A stretch of DNA of 29,829 nucleotides, taken from positions 1-29,829 of the forward strand of contig DATDWE010000041.1 of NCBI GenBank assembly GCA_035289765.1, read 5' to 3'. The position numbers and the translations under genes are program-made. The notes below the pieces were generated by a model. The model was not told the origin of the DNA. It saw nothing but the letters and a program-made list of their open reading frames with translations, and searched no databases. This DNA comes from Candidatus Nanoarchaeia archaeon (lineage in GTDB: Archaea > Nanobdellota > Nanobdellia > Woesearchaeales > UBA12501). Below are positions 25,167 through 29,829 of the stretch, one piece after another. Within the stretch, counting starts at the first letter, position 1. Each line of letters begins with the position of its first letter.

Positions 25167-25191
25167 CAATCCGATCTCTGGACTGATTAAA

Positions 25192-26235
25192 ATGCAGGAT
25201 TGCAGCAGACAGCCAAAAGTAGACAGAGCAAGGTACATAGAAAGCCTTGGAAGCTACTTCAGGCCTTCTCCTGAATCAGGTCTTCTTGTGTATGATGGAA
25301 AGCTGATTACAGAGCCTTCTGATAATTTCCAGCTCTATTCAGATGTGTCAGGATATGATACTCTTGTTGTAAAGATAGGAACAGGTGTCATAACCCATAA
25401 AGAGCGGAGAAGGACAGCACACAACATGATGTGCATTGCAGAAGACATCAGGCAGATAAAAGAGGATACTGGAATGAAGGTCCTTGTCGTAAGCTCAGGG
25501 GCAATAGGCCTTGGCAGAAAAGAGAGGCTGAGAAGGGGGGACAAGATACCTGAAAAAGAAAAGTATTCTCCTGTTCAGAAACAGCTTGATGCTGTTGAAG
25601 GGCAGTACATGCTTTATTCATTGTGGCTGCAGAGCCTTTACCCTGAGTTCACAATGGAATCTCTGGTGACGTATGATGACCTGAGAGACCCTCAGAGAAA
25701 AGACAAACTGTTCAGCACATACAGGGGATGGCTGGACAAGGGAATGATACCTGTGATAAATGAGAATGACAGCAAAATCCTGGAAGAGATTGACATCCAG
25801 CTCAAAGGTGAGAGAGTGTTCAGGGACAATGACGGCCTCGCAAGCCTCATAGCAGGCCAGCTGAGTGATGAGGGATACAAGACAATGCTTGTAATTCTTT
25901 CCAACACCAACGGAATATATACTGTTGAATCATGCATAAATGAGGAATTCACCCCAATAAGGGTTGTCAAGAATCCCGGAGGGCTTGAGAACCAGGTGTT
26001 CTTCACAACATCCAAGAGAGGAAGGGGAGGGATGCTGTCAAAGATACAGGCAGCACAAGATGCAGCAGATAAAGGTGTCTATGTTGTGATAGCAAACGGC
26101 CAGTACTGCAATCATGACAGCGATTTCCAGAAGAAGATGCATGGCGCCAAAAGAAGATATGATGTCCTGAAGGCAGTGATGAAAGGAAAGGCTGCAGGCA
26201 CTATATTCCTGCCAAAAGATTACCCTCCTGAATGA
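25192..26235 (+). CDS. proB: Glutamate 5-kinase without a PUA domain, with an N-terminal extension
   Basis: VVKIGTGVIT, VVSSGAIGLG, AVEGQ, PVINEND, DNDGLASL, LSNTNGIY, GRGGMLSKIQAA, VVIANG. Confidence 0.88.
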   Translation: MQDCSRQPKVDRARYIESLGSYFRPSPESGLLVYDGKLITEPSDNFQLYSDVSGYDTLVVKIGTGVITHKERRRTAHNMMCIAEDIRQIKEDTGMKVLVVSSGAIGLGRKERLRRGDKIPEKEKYSPVQKQLDAVEGQYMLYSLWLQSLYPEFTMESLVTYDDLRDPQRKDKLFSTYRGWLDKGMIPVINENDSKILEEIDIQLKGERVFRDNDGLASLIAGQLSDEGYKTMLVILSNTNGIYTVESCINEEFTPIRVVKNPGGLENQVFFTTSKRGRGGMLSKIQAAQDAADKGVYVVIANGQYCNHDSDFQKKMHGAKRRYDVLKAVMKGKAAGTIFLPKDYPPE

Positions 26236-26240
26236 ATATT

Positions 26241-27473
26241 CTAGACATTCCCCCTCAGCTTCTCAGCCTCGAGGATTCTCTGCGCTCCAAGAACAAAGGC
26301 AGCAGTTCTCATGTCTGTGCGGTGCGCCTTGCTTATGCTGTGGACATCCTTGAATGCCTTGAACATGAGCGAGCCAAGCTTCTCAAGAATGTCATCCTCT
26401 TCCCAGTAATAGCCCATCCTGTTCTGCACCCACTCAAAATAAGACACAGCAACTCCTCCTGCATTCGCAAGGATGTCAGGGATCACAAAAACATCATTTT
26501 TGAATAGAATCTCATCAGCTTCCGGAGTCACAGGCCCGTTTGCCAGCTCAAGGATTATCTTTGCTTTTATCCTTGGTGCGTTCTTCTCTGTAATCACATT
26601 CTCAAGCGCAGCCGGAACAAGAATATGTGTCTTCAGCTCAAGAAGCTCCTCATTTGTTATCTCAGCAGCGCCAAATCCTTTAACAGAGCCTGTCTTGGTC
26701 TTATGCTCAATGAGCTGAGGTATCCTGAGGCCTTTCTCATCATAGACCCCTCCTTTTGAGTCGCTGACAGCGATTATCTTGTAGCCAATGTTGTGCATAA
26801 GCCCTGCAGCGTGCATTCCTGCATTCCCGAATCCCTGTATTGCGACTTTTGTGCTGAAAGGAGGCATGTCAAATAGGTCAACTGCCTGCTTAAGCACAAA
26901 GACTCCTCCCTGGGCAGTTGAGTAATCCCTTGCCTTGCTTCCTCCCAATGCCAAGGGCTTTCCTGTTATCACTCCAGGAGATTTCTTTCCAGCTATTTTC
27001 TCATACTCATCAAGCATCCATGCCATTACCTTGGGATTTGTGTAGACATCTGGCGCAGGTATGTCCTTGTCAGGGCCTATGAAATCTGCCATTGCCTGGA
27101 TGTAAGCCCTGCTCACATTCTCAAGGTCTTTATCAGAAAGATTCTTCGTGTCAATTGCAACACCGCCCTTCCCTCCTCCGAAAGGTATGTTCACAACAGC
27201 GCACTTCATTGACATCCAGAAGGCAAGAGCTTTTACCTCATCCATGTTGACATCAGGATGGAATCTTATGCCTCCCTTGAAAGGTCCTCTTGCATTGTTG
27301 TGCTGGACCCTGTATGCCTTCAGCTTTGTATCCCTGCCTCTGAGTTTCACAGAGATATCCTTCTCATGGATTGCGTGAATCTTTAACAGAACATCCATTT
27401 CCCTGTCTTTCAGTCCAATGAGCTTTCCTGCCTTTGAGAGCTGGCTCTTGGCATTATTAAAAGGATTTGCCAT
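26241..27473 (-). CDS. gdhA: Glutamate dehydrogenase (Glu/Leu/Phe/Val family)
   Basis: RGPFKGGIRFHP, MSMK, PFGGGKGG, PAPDVYT, GFGNAG, AVSDSKGG, ELANGP, PDILANAGGV.VSYFEWVQN. Start moved from TTG 27482 to ATG 27473. Confidence 0.96.
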   Translation of the reverse strand: MANPFNNAKSQLSKAGKLIGLKDREMDVLLKIHAIHEKDISVKLRGRDTKLKAYRVQHNNARGPFKGGIRFHPDVNMDEVKALAFWMSMKCAVVNIPFGGGKGGVAIDTKNLSDKDLENVSRAYIQAMADFIGPDKDIPAPDVYTNPKVMAWMLDEYEKIAGKKSPGVITGKPLALGGSKARDYSTAQGGVFVLKQAVDLFDMPPFSTKVAIQGFGNAGMHAAGLMHNIGYKIIAVSDSKGGVYDEKGLRIPQLIEHKTKTGSVKGFGAAEITNEELLELKTHILVPAALENVITEKNAPRIKAKIILELANGPVTPEADEILFKNDVFVIPDILANAGGVAVSYFEWVQNRMGYYWEEDDILEKLGSLMFKAFKDVHSISKAHRTDMRTAAFVLGAQRILEAEKLRGNV

Positions 27474-27489
27474 AATGATCAAAGCAGAT

Positions 27490-27744
27490 TCAGACCTTCA
27501 AGGCTTTCTTTATTGCTTCCTTGTCAAATCCTATGATGATTGTGCCGTTTATGTCAAGGACAGGCACTCCCATCTGGCCTGACTTCTCAATCATGTCGCT
27601 TCTGGCTTTGTCATCCTCTGCGACATTCAGGTCCTTGAATGCGATCTTCTTATCTTTCAGGAACTCCTTTGCCATCTTGCAGAAAGGGCATGTTGGCGTG
27701 GAGTACACAAGAACTTTCGGCTTATCTGATTTTTTTGCTGGCAT
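27490..27744 (-). CDS. Glutaredoxin-like protein (NrdH/YruB type)
   Basis: YSTPTCPFC, SGQMGVPV..ING..IIGFD. Start moved to ATG 27744 (GAGGAG SD; TATA 27780-27787). Confidence 0.92.
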   Translation of the reverse strand: MPAKKSDKPKVLVYSTPTCPFCKMAKEFLKDKKIAFKDLNVAEDDKARSDMIEKSGQMGVPVLDINGTIIIGFDKEAIKKALKV

Positions 27745-27778
27745 AATATCCTCCTCTGAGACATACATCTGAATAGGA

Positions 27779-28558
27779 TTATATAAATTTTTTGCTGAAA
27801 GGCTTCAATATGATGTGCAGATACACTCTTACAAGCGTCACAAAAGGCAGCAGCACCAATACGCCAAGGACAATCATAAGCTTAAAGCTCAGGCTCCCTG
27901 CATAAGATACAGCCAGGCCCACAAAATACAAAGCTGCGGCTGCAATCAGAATCCTGGGCGCGACATAGAGAAATTTGGCTGTGCCAATCTGGAAAGCTCC
28001 GGACAGTGCCCTTGATGCGCTCCTTCCAGCCAATGCATATGAGATCACTGCAAAATAGATCAGGGCTGCAAGGAATATGTAAAGTATTATGCTTGCATAG
28101 ATTGTTCTCCTGTTATAGAAACCAACCAGAAAAGAGATTGTTGAATAAGCTGCAAACAGCAGAAACCAGGGGATGTTGACAAGAGAGAATCTCTTGAGAT
28201 ATGTCATTATTGGATCCTTCTGTGCAGCAATGGCCTTGCTGAATCTCCAGCTTATGCCCTGCAGGACAACATAGGTTATGTACAGAGCAACAGCCATCTC
28301 CGCAAGAGACCAAAATATGCTCTTCAGGATGATTCCTATCTGCGACTCCTGCGTCTGCATCATTGACGCGCCGAGAGAATAAAGATTGTTGATGATAGCA
28401 TCCCCGAAATAGCCCAATATTGCGCCATAAATTAGAAGGAACAAGAGATCTGATATGACTGGAGGTATCACGTGATACCAATTGTCTTTCAGAGAATCTA
28501 GCGACTCATAAATCTCTTCAAGAAGTTTGTCCTCTTTCTCGCTGCTCTCTTTTTTCAT
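27779..28558 (-). CDS. Hypothetical membrane protein (about 6 TM segments)
   Basis: Charged N-terminus followed by repeated hydrophobic stretches; no Cys; no recognisable motif. Confidence 0.7.
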   Translation of the reverse strand: MKKESSEKEDKLLEEIYESLDSLKDNWYHVIPPVISDLLFLLIYGAILGYFGDAIINNLYSLGASMMQTQESQIGIILKSIFWSLAEMAVALYITYVVLQGISWRFSKAIAAQKDPIMTYLKRFSLVNIPWFLLFAAYSTISFLVGFYNRRTIYASIILYIFLAALIYFAVISYALAGRSASRALSGAFQIGTAKFLYVAPRILIAAAALYFVGLAVSYAGSLSFKLMIVLGVLVLLPFVTLVRVYLHIILKPFSKKFI

Positions 28559-28573
28559 TTTGAGAATAAAATA

Positions 28574-29482
28574 TTATCTGGAAAGCTCCTCATCAATTAT
28601 GCCCTTGAAGACATCGAAAGGCTGCGCTCCAGACACAAGCCTGCCATTGATGAAGAAAGCAGGCGTCCCTGTAACCCCATATTTCTGGCCGTCTGCAAGG
28701 TCCTTCTGGACCTCTGCCTGGTATTTTCCTGAGTCAAGGCATTCATTGAACTTTGCTGTGTCAAGGCCTATGTTTTCTGCGTACTTCTTGAGGCTTGATA
28801 CACCGATGCTGTCCTGGTTATCAAACATGATATTATGCATCTCCCAGAATTTTCCCTGGTCATCAGCGCATTCTGATGCTTCGGCTGCCTTCTGTGAGTT
28901 CTTATGGGAATCCAGAGGGAAATCCCTGTACACAAGCCTTGCTTTTCCTGTCTTGATGTATTCTTCCTCAATCTGAGGCAGTGTCTGCGTATAGAATTTG
29001 GCGCAGAAAGGGCACTGGAAGTCGCTGAATTCAACTATTGTGACAGGCGCATTGTCATTGCCCTTGGCAGGATCATCGTCAGTCATGTCCACATTGCTCA
29101 GGTCAGCCTGTTCTGCTGGTGGCTGCTCTGCAGGCAGCTCCTGAGTCATGTTCATTGCCTGTGGGAACAAAAGCTGGCCGTCCTTGCTGACATAGGAATC
29201 ATAGACCCTTCCCCCGACATCAAGCTTTATCCTGTAAAGATCATTTTCCTCTGTTATCTCCTGGATTGCTGCTGTTGCCTGGCCTTTCATGAGGGCATTG
29301 ATGTAAGCCTCAGCCTTGTCCTTTACCTCTTCTTTTGATAGCTTCTTCTGGAATGAGAAGCCGTTTGTGAAGACTGAGATTATGAGCAGCAATGCAAGAA
29401 CAAAAGCAGCTATCTGCCAGTTAGTGAACGGAATTCTCTTTTTCTCATGAGATATTGTTGTTTGATGGATCTTTTTTGCCAT
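28574..29482 (-). CDS. Membrane-anchored DsbA-family thioredoxin-fold protein
   Basis: N-terminal TM; DDDPAKG..APVTIVEFSDFQCPFC; RDFPL; GVTGTPAFFING; GGGGTG SD; TATA 29520-29527. Confidence 0.92.
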   Translation of the reverse strand: MAKKIHQTTISHEKKRIPFTNWQIAAFVLALLLIISVFTNGFSFQKKLSKEEVKDKAEAYINALMKGQATAAIQEITEENDLYRIKLDVGGRVYDSYVSKDGQLLFPQAMNMTQELPAEQPPAEQADLSNVDMTDDDPAKGNDNAPVTIVEFSDFQCPFCAKFYTQTLPQIEEEYIKTGKARLVYRDFPLDSHKNSQKAAEASECADDQGKFWEMHNIMFDNQDSIGVSSLKKYAENIGLDTAKFNECLDSGKYQAEVQKDLADGQKYGVTGTPAFFINGRLVSGAQPFDVFKGIIDEELSR

Positions 29483-29584
29483 GATAACACCCCTCTTGAA
29501 GTGCCCAATCCGGGCATCATTTATATATTTTATGCTTCATTGGCTGATACTGTCAAGTTAGGATTTATTCTTTTTGCACGCAAC

Positions 29585-29823
29585 AGAAAACTTTTGGTTT
29601 TCTTAGTTGCGCTCACTTCGTTCGGCAACCACCACTGTGGCGGCCCCGCAAATACGCCGCCATGGCGCTGGCGAGGCGGGTGATGGGCCCAAACCTTTTA
29701 CAAAAGCTTTACCAAAAGAGATGGGGCGCAAGGCCCCATACCTCGGCCCTCTGTTTTAAGCATTAAAGCCGAGGAGTGGAGCTTCATGCTCCACATTGCG
29801 TGTCAACGGAGCGTAACCCGTTG
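29585..29823. other. GC-rich chain of inverted repeats (structured non-coding element, identity unknown, runs to the window edge)
   Basis: Stems: AGAAAAC/GTTTTCT (29585-29603), GTTGC/GCAAC (29606-29629), GTGGCGGC/GCCGCCAT (29637-29663), ATGGGGC/GCCCCAT (29721-29739), CCTCGGC/GCCGAGG (29741-29774), GTGGAGC/GCTCCAC (29776-29794), CAACGG/CCGTTG (29804-29823). Hand count gives 122/209 G+C over 29621-29829. Confidence 0.65.
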
Positions 29824-29829
29824 CGGGCT

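Noticed and set aside
22380-25190. C/D-box guide sRNAs near nop5/flpA
   Set aside because: No intergenic RUGAUGA...CUGA pair found; TGATGA hits fall inside coding regions.
24993-25190. 65-aa plus-strand ORF from the track
   Set aside because: It runs across two divergent TATA boxes and is antisense to the better-supported zinc-finger ORF.
27779-28558. Membrane protein as the DsbB/VKOR partner of the adjacent DsbA-like protein
   Set aside because: It contains no cysteines, so it cannot relay disulfides.
338-29338. Numerous 60-220 aa ORFs antisense to or nested in real genes (for example 1282-1941, 4428-5003, 6077-6520, 12135-12590, 14708-15313, 28527-28976, 28904-29338)
   Set aside because: They are Ser/Phe/Leu-rich shadows of Lys/Glu-rich sense genes, have no motifs or SD/TATA support, and lie almost wholly within well-supported CDSs.
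29447-29683. 78-aa plus-strand ORF
   Set aside because: It spans the DsbA promoter and the palindromic non-coding region; no SD, TATA or motif.
29585-29829. RNase P RNA, SRP RNA, tRNA, 16S fragment or CRISPR array
   Set aside because: Conserved signatures are absent on both strands, the stems differ in sequence, and there is no repeat-spacer periodicity; kept only as an unidentified structured element.

Overview
Archaeal chromosomal fragment, read in genetic code 11. The Nop5-fibrillarin operon and TTTA(T/A)A(T/A)A TATA boxes before most transcription units show it is archaeal; the gene set suggests a DPANN, Woesearchaeota-like lineage, but that is inference. About 22 kb (1-22.3 kb) is a large, modular nucleotide-sugar / surface-glycan island. 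It holds (i) a full set of NDP-heptose pathway enzymes in an unusual layout: a split, truncated transketolase, GmhA, a stand-alone RfaE-I kinase, and a RfaE-II nucleotidyltransferase fused to a GmhB-like phosphatase. It also holds (ii) a CDP-3,6-dideoxyhexose branch (RfbF, RfbG, RfbH) with a YerE-like ThDP enzyme; (iii) two paralogous twitch-type radical SAM enzymes, a cobalamin-dependent radical SAM enzyme and two SDRs; (iv) a TIGR04372/GT9-like glycosyltransferase, a polyprenol-phosphate GT2 and a 606-aa polytopic membrane protein; and (v) several phosphohydrolases (HAD, HD, two Nudix). The right 7.5 kb is mostly housekeeping: nop5, flpA, a methyltransferase, glutamate 5-kinase, glutamate dehydrogenase, glutaredoxin, a membrane protein and a DsbA-like protein. 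It also hides a 31-aa CxxC-x10-CxxC micro-protein missing from the ORF track, and ends in a GC-rich chain of hairpins cut off by the window edge. No rRNA, tRNA, CRISPR array or transposase was recognised. All family assignments come from motif recognition by eye, not database searches.
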